NCBI GenBank assembly: GCA_001643675.2 | Contig: LSRY02000006.1 | Location: 868,001 to 932,000 of the forward strand | Source of the DNA: Monocercomonoides exilis PA203 | Taxonomy: Eukaryota; Protista; Preaxostyla | Length of the DNA stretch: 64,000 nt | Direction: 5' to 3' | Shown: positions 1 to 12,935 of the stretch, in pieces | How the letters are laid out: every line of letters begins with the position of its first letter | How positions within the stretch are numbered: position 1 is the first letter of the stretch | Position numbers and translations under genes: made by a program | Notes under the pieces: generated by a model | Told to the model about the DNA's origin: nothing | What the model saw: the letters and a program-made list of their open reading frames with translations, nothing else | Databases searched by the model: none

Positions 1-2736
1 CCACTTAGCCAAACACCACAGCAGTTAGAGACGAGCATAAAGGAACTTGAATCTGATATAAAGCGATTTGCATTCGCAGATGATATTGCTCAAAAAGCAA
101 TCGAACAAGCAAAAGGAACTGGAGAAGGAGTTTTGATTCGTGGAAGTGGAGTGGCAATAGGAAGTTCTGGAGGGATTGGATCAAGTGGAAGAATTATTGA
201 AAGTGTTGATTCTGCTCTTTCTTCTGCAGGGACTCAGTCAGCGCTTACCCCTACAGGTGCAACCAATAGTGGTGCTGCTTTGCAATTGTCACCTCAATTG
301 CATGCTCAGCGCCTTGTAGAAATAAAATTCAAACTTCTTGAAGATTTAATTTTTGTATTGAAACGAAGACTCAACGTATTTGAGCAAAATGTTGGTTTGA
401 GTGAAGCTGTTACGCAATTTGGGTCTGTTTCAGAAATGATGGATGCGAACAGGCGCTTGGAAGAGGAAGTGAAAGAGCTGAAAAAGAGAGAGGCCAGATA
501 CGACTCATCAGCACTTCTTTGCACCACAGGGATCGAAGACATGTCGAAAGAAGAGATGACTGGCTTGCTGAGGGCGTTGCAGGTCGAACTGGCACACGCC
601 AACGAAGTGATTGCTGCATACAACTTGGAAAAGAATGGAGAAGAGCTGGTTGCGGCTGCAGCTCCGACACGAGTGATGCTGTTTCCGTTTCCGTCAGAAG
701 AGAAAAGCGGATCGACAAGCAGCGCATCTCTGGCTTCGCAACCAACTGGAGCGGGCTTAGCAGACAAAGAGCGACAGCCACGCAGGAGAGTGCCAACTAC
801 GCAAGAAGTTGAGGGGTCTTGGGACAAATTGGAGGTTGAGAGCATGTCACATCCATCAAAACTGCAGTCCTCTTCAGCTTCTGCCAGCCTGCCGGATGAT
901 GGAGCCAAAAGCGAGGTGACTCCATCTTCATCTCAAAGTTCGGATGGAACACCTTCGTCGAAACTGCTTCTTTCTGACTCGCAGATGTCGACACTTGTTT
1001 CCAAAGTTGCAGTTTTGGAGCAGCAAAATGCGCAACTTCAGAGTCAGGTGAAGAAGCTGAAAAAGACTGTGGAATTATTTGGCGAAGTTGAGAAAACAGA
1101 GGATTCGTTGGCTGATTTGTTGACTGGGAAGGCCAAGCCTGTTGGAGGAAAGACAGCACAACTTGAGGAAATGAGAACTTTGAACAGAGAATTGGTGGAA
1201 GAAATAAGAAGTGTGATTTTTTCTTTTTTTTTTGTTTGATTTATCTTTGTTGTTCTCTTTTCGATGATTGTGTATTCAATTTTTTTCTATTTAATCTTTA
1301 CGTTTTTTATTTTTTAAATCAGAATATCAAGCCGAGTACCGTTCTAAGGACTCACTTATAACCCTTCTGACTTCCGTTGTCGATGAACTCTCGAAAAGCA
1401 AAGCAGCAACTGAAGCAGAGTGTGCCTCACTGACCCGAGGAATGATTGTCGGTGTTCGGGCGAACAGAGGAATGAAGGAAGCGCTACGAAAGAGTGAGAG
1501 GAGGTTCCGGCGCACAGCACTGCTGGGGATAGCATTTGGCGAGCGGTGCTTGGATCTGATGGGGAGAGGAGTCAACGGAAATGAGGTTAGCAAGCTGATG
1601 GAGACGTTTGTACAGAAGATGCAAGGGCAGCAACTGGCACAGCAGCTGCACTCCCACTCGTTGATGAGAGGAGATGAAGGTTTGGTTATTTTAATGGATC
1701 TGGGTGTTGAAGCAAAATAGGATCTGAAGTTGGAGTATTTTGTTTTTCAATCTGTGAAAAAAAAGTTTTGAAATGATTCGTTTTTTAGATAGTAAGTGAT
1801 ATTTCGATTTTTTATTTGATTAATGAATTTTTTTAAATTTTATATTTTTATTCATTTATCTAATTATTTATAAAAAAAATATTGAACTCTTTGCAAATAA
1901 TCTCCCCACAATGCAAATTCAGACGGAGAAAGAGAGCGTACAAACCGTGTTTCTGTGTCACCACAAAGTCCGCAATCTGTCCGAAGCGACTCAGACATGT
2001 TTGTGGCGAAGAAAAAGAAGAAACGACCTGAAGGCGAAAGTCCAGAGGATCTTCTGAATACTGTGAAGGTTTGCTAATTATTGGTTTTTATTTATTTTTT
2101 ATTTCTTTATTTCTTTTTCTTCATTATTAACAACTCAATATTTTTTTTTTATTAACATGGATTTTACTTGTTTAAATTGCTTCTATATAATTTTTTCCCC
2201 CCTCATTTATGCAACAAATATGAATCATCTGCCTTTTTTAGCGTTTATTTGCTGTCGACGAGCCTGCGCTTCCACAGAGTCTTCCAGATGGCATTGTGCC
2301 TGCCTCGTCCTCCACATCCAGCTCCATGTCACATCAAGTGGACGGGGTTGCCGATTATCTGATGCCACTGACTGAACTTCTATCGTCCATCGACAGCGCC
2401 ACCGACGGGCTGAGGCAATTTCCTGTTCTTTTGAGAGCCACCCGCACGTTCTTGGTCGGAGTGGTGAGACAGTCTGTGGAGAGGGAGCTGGCGTCAATGA
2501 ACGAGCTGCTTACACACCACATCACATTGATAAACCAGGCTATGAATCGAATTCTGCTCTGTGGGCAGGAAAGCAGGCAGACGCAAACGGAGAAACGGCA
2601 GGTTCAGAATTGCGGGGTCGTGACTGAGATTTCTGGAGAAGAATCGCTCGCTGCCTTGATGGTAGAGAAGGATGAGAAAAAAACAGAAAAGGGTTCGACA
2701 AAGCCTGGCTCAGGACCCGGGAAGAAGATGAGATAA
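1..2736 (+). CDS. Multi-exon coiled-coil protein of unknown function, 5'-partial
   Basis: GC-richer exon blocks at ~1-1210, ~1323-1679, ~1923-2068 and ~2260-2736 are separated by AT-rich GT..AG introns. Heptad-rich segments (LEQQNAQLQSQVKKLKK) and Ser-rich linkers are present. Exon boundaries are approximate. Confidence 0.65.
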
Positions 2737-3399
2737 ACACTAATCTATGTTACTTTTTGTTTTTCACTTCCACGCACTTCAACATAACTACTCTGTTTAT
2801 TTTATTCTATCCAATTGACTTGTGTGAAAATCTTTTGAACAAACTTTTTTCTGAAAAACAAAAGAAGGCAAAAGATAATTTTATGTAGTTGCACAGAATA
2901 AACGAATTATTTGGTTTGTGAATGATTTGAATAAAAGTTGCTTTTGATAATTCACATTCAGATATTGAAGAAATTTTTCCATGAAGCAATAACTCCTAAA
3001 GGGATCAGCAACAAGTGATTTGTTTATGAATAGAATATAAAAGTTTGAATTTGCAATTCACTGCTAAAAGTTCTTATCAGTGACTTTTTAAATAGATAAA
3101 TGGTTTATGTTCATAAATAAAATCAATTTTCTTTCCTTGGTGTTAAACTGGACAATTTGTATTCCAATATTTATCTTTCTGTCAAGAACTTCAAACATTG
3201 TCAATGTGATTCAATTAGAGGGGATCAAAAGTTCAGTCATTATTATTACATAAAATACTAAAAATGGTGTCTAAATTGAGCTTAATGAACTCATCAATAA
3301 AAGTCTTTAATTCAAACCTTGTCAAAAGAGAAATTCTCTGTTTGCATAAGCAATCGTATTGAAATGAATTATATAATTAATTTATCTCACAATGATGTG

Positions 3400-5409
3400 G
3401 GGTCATCTTTTTATTGGAACTTTTTTCTTTATTGGCACCAAAATTTTTTGACATGAAAAAAAGTTAAAAACACATCAAAAAAATACAAAACTCAAATCAA
3501 TTACTCTTCTGACTTTTCTTTTTCCATTTTCACGTTCAAAGGGGTCATATTCATCACTTGTTTCATCGTCTTCATTCTTTATTTTTCTGAATTTCCATTT
3601 CACTTTTTTCTCCAAAGGCAATTCTTCTTCTTCAATTTCCTTTTCTTTTTCAACATTTTCTTCAATTTTCATCTTGTGTTTTTCATAATATTCATAACAT
3701 TCGTCAAGAAGCTTTTCTTTCGTTATTTCTTTTCCGAAGAAGTCGAAATAATGTGAATGAGAAGGAATGGAGTTCTGAAAAAACTGAGGAAGCTTCATTT
3801 GAATCGATCCAGATGCATTGCTGAGAATGTCGCTGCATGTTAAGGCTTTTTTGATGACTAAAGGCGTGAATGCGGTGTGAAGGACTTGTGGCAACACATC
3901 AACGATTGATATTCTTTTTGAAAATGAGCAGGTAAATGATGGTGAGCTGTAATTGTTTTAAAGCTCCGACTTCAACACTGCAAACACACCTCTGTCCAGA
4001 AGCTGTAATATGTGTGCCACATGTGGAACGATGGTGACGAAGTCTTTTTCGTCCACCTTGAACTGTCTCAATATGGTTGGATCTGCGCGCGATGAGTGTG
4101 AATCCAAAAGAAGAATGCAACGATGAGATTCTTTTAGAATTCGCTTTCTTCTGTCAATGATAGCTGGAAGCAGGACTGTTAAGGCGTTTTTTTGAATGAC
4201 GTTTTGTCCATCCAACCGTTTGTGTTTGGCTAAATGTCAAGCGACGGAGTTAACAGTGTTGTCAGTTCTTTCGGAAGAGTTTCACTCATCTCAGCACAAC
4301 AGACCGAAGCGAGAAGCCATCAGCAGCTATTCCAGCAACGAGAGTGGCATTCAGCATTTTTTCGGCAGTCTTTTTGAATCCAGCTTGCTCATCTGCGAGA
4401 TGAACAACAACTCCACGTGTAGAAGTTGAAATTCTCTGCGAATATTCATCGGTATTGAAGATTAATTCCTTAGGATATTTGTCTGCATCGTGTAATGCTT
4501 GTAATTGAGCTTGCCTCGGCTTTAGGATTTTCCGACAAGATGCTGCAAGTCTGTTGAAATCAACTTGCTTTGGAAGCGATGACTTCAATTCCGGATGGCG
4601 CTTTATGAATGAGTGAACCGTCTTCAGAGTGACTGTCTTTTTCTTCTTTTCTTCTTTTTCTCCTTCTTCTTCACAATCGTTCATTATATTTTCCATCGAA
4701 ATACAAATTAATTATAAATTTTATATCAATTGCAAACCAGATCACGCGCTTTTCGTGATGTGAGGCTTGTCCCAGAACGGGATTCAATTGTAACTTCTTT
4801 AAAGAATTGCTTTTCTTTTTCGCTGCTAATAATTTGTGTGCATTGAACTTTTGCAATCAACCTGTCGCTTTTTATAGCTTGAACAGTGTGTTTCAAAGAT
4901 TTTTTGCTGATTCCACCTTATTTAACCCCGTTGACCAGCCTGACAACATTGTCATTCACAATGTGTGCAATCCTTTCCAATCTTGTCTCATATTTCCTGT
5001 AATGTAATGTGGACATTGCTTCCTTCATTTGCTTCTGCACCGCTTCAGCTTTCTTCTTCACTAGTAATTTCATATATATATATATTATGGGTAATGATCA
5101 TAAATATATTTTTTTATTTATTAATTCTCATTAAAGAATTTTTAATTAATATTTAAATTTTTGAATGAATTAGAAATATTTACAAACCTTTGTGCAGTCC
5201 AATTTCTCAAGAAAGCTCAATGGAATGACTTGAATCCCCCCATTTCCTCTCCATGAGAAATTGGATTTCTTTAAAAATACAAATATTAGTATACTTGACA
5301 TTTGTATATATACCAAATATATATTTTAAAATATCATTTGTGGGTCAGATTAATTTTTATTTAAAAAAATGTGCCAGTAAAGAAAAAAATGCCAATAAAA
5401 AGATGACCC
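3400..5409 (-). mobile_element. Decayed pogo/Fot1-like (DDE_1, DD35D) DNA transposon with ~40-bp TIRs
   Basis: Left TIR GGGTCATCTTTTTATTGGAAC..TTTATTGGCAC (3400-3438) is the near reverse complement of GTGCCAGTAAAG..GCCAATAAAAAGATGACCC (5371-5409). Flanks are TG and TA. Transposase remnants lie inside. Confidence 0.85.
3475..5073 (-). pseudogene. Fragmented pogo-like transposase
   Basis: Successive minus-strand ORF pieces carry IFNTDE, ILLLDSHSSR and HILQLLDRGVFAVLK, with 35 residues between the 2nd and 3rd Asp. The frame is broken by stops and frameshifts. Confidence 0.85.
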
Positions 5410-5713
5410 TATTCAAGTTTTTCTGCCAGGCTTTTGCAGACGTTTTTGCATATTTTCAGAGAAAAATATACGATTGAGGGTTAACCCTCAAAGTACTATC
5501 ATTTAAATTTCGTTTATTTAGATATGAGGGCTTGAATATGATAGAAAATTTTTTGATGATTTAAAATTTCCAAAAAAAAATATATCTTCATTTGCAAAAC
5601 ATTAATAGTTTGAAAATCTTTTTCTTTGTTTCATTTATGATGGATTTTTTCGAAACGAAAAAAGAAACAGTTATCAAGGAAATTATTCCAGTCTTATCAT
5701 TCCCTTCAACAAA

Positions 5714-6454
5714 CATTTTGATGGGATCCAATAGGTAGCAAAGCTGAAGAGACAAGAGAAAACGAGGAGTTATCAGCCGGATTGAATGAGCAAAGGAGAA
5801 GAAGAGCTGCTGAAGATAATGACCGAGATGCTGAGCGCAGAATGCAGAAGGAATCGTTTTGTTTGAAATCAATGGAATCTCCACGATGAGGAAGAGATTG
5901 ACACATAAGAAAAGATAATTGAACTGTTGTTCGGTTGTTTTCTTGCAACGTTCTTCCGTTTCGAAGAAGTGAAAAAAACAGTCAAAATAAAAGCATTCAA
6001 ATAACTGTTGAATTGTGAAATGGTGAAAAAAGAAAAATAAAATTTTCAAGTTTCAAAATGCGAAACATTTCCTCAAATGTTCACAAAATAGTCCGAAATA
6101 TTCAACGTATATCTAAGATTATCGTCTTCATCAAAAAATTTAATTGTATTAAAAAAGCTTGTGAAGGCATCTTCGTAACCTTCTTCCTCCATCTTTTCAA
6201 ATATCTTCTTTTTAGCTATCCTTCTTTTCTTTTTAGTTACTACATAATCCACGCTTCCTTTCAATTTCTTTGAAACATTCATAAAAAAATTTAAGATTTC
6301 ATATTTCATTTCGTCATTTAGTGTTGGTTGCTGAATTTCCTCCAAAATGACATCAAATGCTTTGCCTTCCAATAAATCTTCAACATACACGCATTCACTT
6401 TCTGCTGCTTCTCGAAATAAATGAAAACACAATTTGCTGATTTCACTGTGATAA
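5714..6454 (-). repeat. 741-bp near-identical inverted copy of 31896-32636
   Basis: Direct sequence comparison. The ORF track also shows identical or near-identical peptides: 6058..6273 vs 32077..32292, and 5588..6049 vs 32301..32756. Confidence 0.95.
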
Positions 6455-7509
6455 CCTTTTGCTGCTTGAAATACTTGAACAACGCTGCAGACAATCCCGA
6501 CAAATTCTTTATTCTCCAATTTACATGTGAACAAGTAAATTATCAATGTTTCGACCCATCTCATCAAAAGAAGCTCTTCTTTCGTTTCTTTTCTTTTTTC
6601 CTCTTCTTTTTTCTTCCAATCAATGTTTTTTGTAATCTCTTCCAGTTCTCTTCTTGCTTCTCTCACAAAATGCAACTCATTCACAACAGTATCTTTCGAT
6701 GATCCATTGTCGCAAAATCGTCTTATTAAAAACTACCAAGCAGATTGATAAGCGAGTCGTGTGAGTTTGTGATGCTTCTGATGATATTCGATGATCTCTT
6801 TGATTTCATTCAAATAAAGTCTTTGTTCTATTATCTAGAGAGGGAGAGATAGAGAGAGAGAAATCAATAATATTAAAAAAGAAATACGATGTTCATACAC
6901 AAATGACATCGATGCAACTCAAAGCCAGCAAAGCCATTTCCACTTCTTTTTGAACTTTCTCTCTTTCCTCTTTCTTCAAGGCAAATTTCAGGAGGCAAGG
7001 CACACACAGAGAAAGCATTTTCGAAGAAAATACTCCGCTGTAAAACAAAAGGTAGCATTCGCAAAGATCAACCAGAAGCTTTTCGTTTTTCCCTTCTTTT
7101 TTCTCATTTTCATCAATAATCATCTTTTCAAATCTTTTGTGCAAATCAGAACGAAAAAAAGAATTAATTAATACGGATTTCGTTATTTGATTAAATCCCA
7201 TTCGCTTCAACAATACAATGACATTTTCCATTCCCAATTTCTTTTCTTCAATCATTTTGTCCAATCTATTGAAGATAGAAAGCGTGAAAATTGAATACAT
7301 TTCTTTTGTGCCCATTTCATCTAATAATCCGTTGAATTCTGTTATTTTCTGCTTTTGTTCATCTTCGCTGCAATATTCCAGTTCATGGAGCAATTCTGAA
7401 AAATGCACAAAAAAGCATGATGATTTTTATGAACAGATAAAATGAATAAACTTGTAAAATGTTTAGTCAATGAGATTTCTTTAATTCCTTCATTAGCGCG
7501 TAAATTCAT
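6073..7509 (-). pseudogene. Member of a lineage-expanded uncharacterised helical protein family (ELEYC...LTRLAYQSAW...EEEGYED) with a premature stop
   Basis: Three exons in the same layout as the paralogue at 30866-32277. An in-frame TAG at 6735-6733 replaces the Gln of SAWQF. Confidence 0.7.
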
Positions 7510-8443
7510 TCTGTGCGTTGAAGGACGCAATAATTTTGCGCAAAAGTTATGCAATTAACGAAAAATCGTTTGAAACAAAAATCGTTAACAATCTTGTACA
7601 GCTAAGCAGTTACAATACCAATACTGATTGCTTTGAATTATAAAAAGCAGTTTTAGAAAAGAATAGAGCTAAATGAATCTATCTATCTATATATATTTGA
7701 ACGAAGCAAGAAACACAAATATTTTGATTTGTTTGTTGGATCAAAAAGAAATAATTTATAACGAAATCAAAATATATGAAAAAGATCAGACATTCATCAT
7801 CGTTGTAAAATTTGAATTAACCACAATTTATTTCATCATTGAATGTTCATTAAAAAGAAAAAGAATTTAATTTTTTTTGAAATAAAAGTTCAAAAATATT
7901 TTCCTTTCAAAAAATGGAACAAAAAATATTTGTACCAAAATTTCAATTCTTTAGTGAGCAATCACAAAACAATTGAACTATCAATATCTATTATTTCCAA
8001 TAAAATCACTAACAAAAAATAAAAATAAAATAAAAATAAAATGCAATAGGATGGAAACAAATCCTTCTTAGCAAACAAAATTTTCAATATTACAAGCAAA
8101 ATTGAGGGCTTTACTGTTCAAAAAAATGTGACTGTCTTTTTTTCTGCTCTTGCATTTTCATCTCAATCAAATAGCTCGTTCTTTCATTGTGCAATTAATA
8201 AAACGCACGAAGAATTTCTGAATTGTATGAAAATTGGTTTATCATCTCTTCCGATTTCCAAATGCTTATTCGAATAAAGTGAATGCATAAATCTTTTTTC
8301 TTTTCTTTTCTTTTCTTAGTTGTTGTTGTTGTTGAGGGGAAAAAACGGTACATCCGTTGTATTATTCAACACAAGCATTTATACCCTCCATTTTGCAACA
8401 TAACTCAGGAATAAAAACAATTGCCCATTCGCAAAAATTCTTT

Positions 8444-8478
8444 TTTGTTTGTTTGTTTGTTTGTTTGTTTGTTTGTTT
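8444..8478. repeat. (TTTG)n microsatellite immediately 3' of the S41 peptidase stop codon
   Basis: Tandem tttg units are visible in the sequence. Confidence 0.85.
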
Positions 8479-11400
8479 AGTCATCAAGCAGCTTGTGCTT
8501 TCCCAGCCCGTCTTTCTTTCCTCTCTTCCAGACAACCCACCGCACACACGCAACAAACACGCCTGCTCCAATCACCACCGTCCCCAGCACACTCCCCACA
8601 ATAATCCACACTATCTGTTTCTTACTCAGTTTTTTGTCCCCCTTTTCCATCGGAACATGCGGAATGCTCACACACCGCCCCACCCCGTTCCGGTAATACC
8701 CTTCCTCACACCGCGCAAACACACAGCGCGTCTCGTCAAACACCCCTTCTCCGGCTCGGCACGGGTGGCCATACACCGAATGCGCCTCTCCTTCCTCCCC
8801 GCTGCACTCTCCCCCGCCAACTTTCACCTCCCACGGGAAACACACGTTAAACAGCCAGCTCACCTCGCGCGCTGCTGCCACACGCCCATCGTCGCTCTCC
8901 AGTCCGCTCCATTCAGGGTAGATCGGTAGCACTGTATCTGGCGGAACCACCCGGAAGCCCAGCGACTGGTTGTGCGTTTCCCAGTCAAATGAGTGCAGTG
9001 CTGTTAGAGACAGCGAAAATCGGGTTGTTGCGCGCGGGAACGGCAAAGGCAGAACGTCGGTATCATTAAGAGAGATAGAATTGTAACGCTGCGATTGATA
9101 CGAAGAAATCGCAGCTTCTTTATACGGTTTTGTTTTCTCTTCGTTCTTTTCTTTTACCTCTTCTTGCACATCACTTCCTCCAATTTGAACCACCGTCTCG
9201 TTATCCTTCGCACTTTCTTTTGTTTCATATGTTTCTGCTTCTGCTCCTATTGCTGCTTCATCTTCCTCCCACTCCCTCTTCAGCCTCCGCAGCTCCGACT
9301 CACTCACGCCCATGCTCTCCATCTCTTCCCACCCTTCGCTGCTGACCACACGATAACCTCCGCCCATCCCGCCCACATCAAACGCGCTCTCAGGAAACAG
9401 CAGGCTTCCCCCAAAGCCAACCACTTTTGCCACTTTCGCTTCGCGTATGTGCTTCACAAACTGACTGCATTCGCTCTCGCACCGCCCGTCTGTGATGACC
9501 ACCACGTCTGTCGCCTCGAACAAAGTCTTCCCTTTCCACGGCGCCTTTTCCAGCTCTGCCTCAAAAAACGGCATTCGTTCTGTGTTCACCGCAAACGGGA
9601 CAGACCACTTCCGCTCTCTGCTTGTCTCTTCGCTGCCTTCCTCCTTTGTGATGTTGAGAGAGAACACGTCGTCGAGAATGGCAAGCGTTTCGTATTCGGT
9701 CAGAAGCACCTGAGTGGATGAGGAAGGAGAAGAAGCAGAGGAAGAGGAAGAGGAAGAGGCAATTGAAAGAGAAGAAGAATGATAAGAAGAAGAAGAAGCA
9801 TGTTTTGGATGACGAAGTGGCAGGCATGTTTCATTCGAAGATAAGTCTGAATGAATATCAAGAGAGTTTTGTGAAGTGTGTTGCGAAGTGGGTTTATTAT
9901 CATTTACAGTTAAACGAGACGGAAAAATCTCACATTTTTCAATGTCAGCTTTGCCGTGTCGGTTTGAAGAAAAAATGTGAAATGTCAAGAAATGAAGTGA
10001 ATTTTGAAGAAAAGAAAGAAAGCTATTGAGCATCCGTTTCATGAAACTCGTCGTTCCAGATGAAATTTCTGCTGTTTTCGCATTCATTTCGTTTCGCATC
10101 TCTGTCGACTCTGCCAAATTCCTTTTATAATTCTTCCCTTTCGACTTCGGGTTCTGATAAGTCATCAATCGATAGCTCTCAATGAAATTCCTCGCCAGCG
10201 CCGTGTTAACAACTTCCTCCTTCGCATAGACCGGAAACACACGAGGAAACAGCAGGTGGAACAGCGCATTCGCAAGCTCAATCATCCCGCCCCTGTTTCT
10301 CCGCACGTCAACCACCAGCCGCTGCGTCTTCGCCGTCGCAAAGGTGTCCAGAGAAAGAAAAGCATCTTCGACAAACTGAGAAAGATCGCCCATTGAAGAC
10401 GGAAGGAACGAGGCGACGCTCAAAAGCCCGATGCTCTCGTTGGGCAAGTGGTAGCCGTGGATCATCGAGCCCTGCGTCAGCTTCAGGTACCCTTCGGACG
10501 ATGGGGAGTTTGAAGAAGGAGGAGGAGAAGGAGAATGAGAAGAAGAAGATAGGTGAAAACCAGATGGATAAGATAATTTTGAGGGAGGTGATGAAGGTGA
10601 TGGAGGTGTTAAGAAAGTTGGTGGCGGTGAGGTAGAAGAAGAAGAGGAAGAGGAAGAAGAAGAAGAAGAAGAATGCATTTCTATTGATTGAATCTCAATT
10701 GGATCAGTTGGAATAGTTGCTGATTTGTCAAATGAAAGACTCACGTTCACCAAAGAAGAAAAATCGATCAAAGTAGAAGGATGCGATGCTTCGTTCATTC
10801 TCTTAATCTTTCTATTCAGTTGATAAAAGCCATCGTCTTTTTCTCCAATTTTTGAATTCTTTTGTGTTTTTTTGGTGCTCTTAAAGTTCTTTTCATTTCT
10901 TGTTGAAACAAAATTGTTATACAAAGGGCATAAATCGGTTAGCACATCGACATCCTTTGTTGTAAAGCCATAAAATGGCACACGAATAACATAAACTGAT
11001 TTGTCACGAGATAAGCAACGAAATTTCAATGTTGTTGCATTGGGAGGAGGAAAAATTGATGCAGGCCGAAAAACAAAATAGTTGTCTATTGCATCGTTCA
11101 ATCGAGCTGCAGGGCTTCGAGATAATAAAACAAATTTTTCTGCCCAAAGAGATATTGTTTTCCATGCAGGCTCAGTTTCGTTAAATGGATCATTATCTAC
11201 AGCAATATGAGTTATTTCCATTCCTGTAATATTGTAGCCGCCTTGATCTAAAAACACATCTGTCACACCACGCATCGGATGCCTTGTAGCATATACTGAA
11301 GCTTCATCGGTCTTATTATTTTTGTTTGAAACAAACTTGATTCCAAAAGGCAAAAGATAATAAAAGAATTGTGAACATGGAGCAGTGTAAACTGTGTGAG

Positions 11401-11802
11401 GATCGTGAAGTTTTGCAAACGCATGAGTTATAGCAATGTGAAATTCATATCCATTACTGTAATTTGTTTTTCGAATTGTATTAAGCTCGTCAAGAATATC
11501 AACAGCATCAGAATGATATGGCGTTGGTGGACTCAGAAGAAGGTCACGATACGGATATGAATTCATGTAGTCTCGAAGAATTCTCAAAGTAGCAAGCATT
11601 TCAGTTGAATTTTGATCATACTAACACAATTTTACACAAATAAAACACAGAAATTAAAAATTCTGTAAAATGAAAAAATGCAAACAGGAAGATTTGTAAG
11701 ACATTCAGAAATGACGGCCGCATCGTAAATGCGCATTTTCGCAAGGTTGCATTCTTTCCCCCAAATGATTAATGGAAGAAAAAACAAAGCCTGGAAAATC
11801 AT
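8477..11802 (-). CDS. Secreted, C-terminally membrane-anchored peptidase S41-like protein (fungal/CPAF-like tail-specific protease type)
   Basis: Exon 1 (11802-11686) encodes signal-like MIFQALFFLPLIIWG; a GT-AG intron spans 11685-11621; exon 2 is in frame with the 1040-aa ORF. Motifs: LHDPHT, LVVDVRRNRGG, VITDGRCESECSQF, VVGFGG. A Cys-rich segment and TM helix (IVWIIVGSVLGTVVIGAGVFVACV) lie near the C-terminus. Confidence 0.75.
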
Positions 11803-11881
11803 ATAGGCATATAATGTAATGGGTTTATAACCTTTTTTGTTAGATTCATTTTGATCGAAATAAACATATTAAAAATTTTAT

Positions 11882-12935
11882 ATGAACAGAATAAATGATG
11901 CACTGAAAATTTCTCAACAACAGATTGCTGATGCCTACATGTTTCGACAAAAATCGAATAAGCTTCATAAAGTTATATTTATGTGGAGATTGATAGTTAC
12001 TGCTTACATGCTTGTTTTCGCGATTACATGCCTTTTAGGTTTTTTTATATTATTGATTTTTTTATTCTTTCAATAGCAAAATTACTTGTGCATCCAGGCG
12101 ATATGTTAGAATTAAAATATTACACCAAGCAGAGTTTTATCATAACTTTATTTTATTTCGTTGTATGCCGATTGAATCATTTTTTCTTTTTTAATATTTT
12201 AAAAACACATAAAACAGTTTGCTCTTTCTTATGGAGATGGATCGAATACACAAAGCATGAATGATTCAAATTTTCGCGAAGAAAGTTCCACGACTTCAGC
12301 TCGTTCTAAAGTTATTTATATTCTTGCTTGTCTTGCAATAAATGGAAGTTTTATTGCGACTTTTGGATTTTGGGTTTTCTTAGCTCCACATGCAAAAGAC
12401 GTCAACACGTCTATTTTTGCATTTTTGTGGTTTGGAGTTAACCCTCATGGAATTAGCTTTGCGCTTATATCAATTGATATTTTCTTGTTTACGAAAGTGT
12501 CGTTTAAGTTGACTCATTTCTACATTGCACTGATGTACACATTGGGATATATGTTGTTTTCTTTTGCATATTATGCTTTGGGAAACGGGTTTGCAAATAA
12601 TTAAGGATTTATTTGTGATGATTTGAAAATTTATTATTATTAATGCATGTAGATGGATTTATCCTTTTCTTGAATGGGGAACGAAAATGGCATTTGTTTC
12701 TTATCCATTATTTATTGTTCTTGTTGTATTAACTCATCTATTTATGTCTGCTGTTACATGCTCGTGCAAATGTTCAATGGGAAAAGGAAAAGAGGTTTCT
12801 GTTGAGAAATCTCCAGCTACAACTCCAGTTCTTACAGAGTCTTCTTCATTTTCAGCTTTAACATCGACATTTACAATGCCAATTTATTGTTCAACACTGA
12901 AACCTTCTTTTTCTTCGGAGGCATCTGCAATTTGA
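11882..12935 (+). CDS. FAR-17a/AIG1 (ADTRP/rolling stone)-like multi-pass membrane protein
   Basis: About four exons and multiple TM helices. Family-like motifs: LKYYTKQSF, NPHGISFALISIDIF, YMLFSFAYY..G-WIYPFLEW. Confidence 0.6.

Noticed and set aside
6733-6735. In-frame TAG at a conserved Gln (SAWQF), suggesting TAR=Gln recoding as in some oxymonads
   Set aside because: ORFs of 1000-1400 codons contain no in-frame TAA/TAG, and conserved genes (cathepsin, kinase, maspardin, transposase) end at TAA/TAG. A single C-to-T nonsense mutation is simpler.
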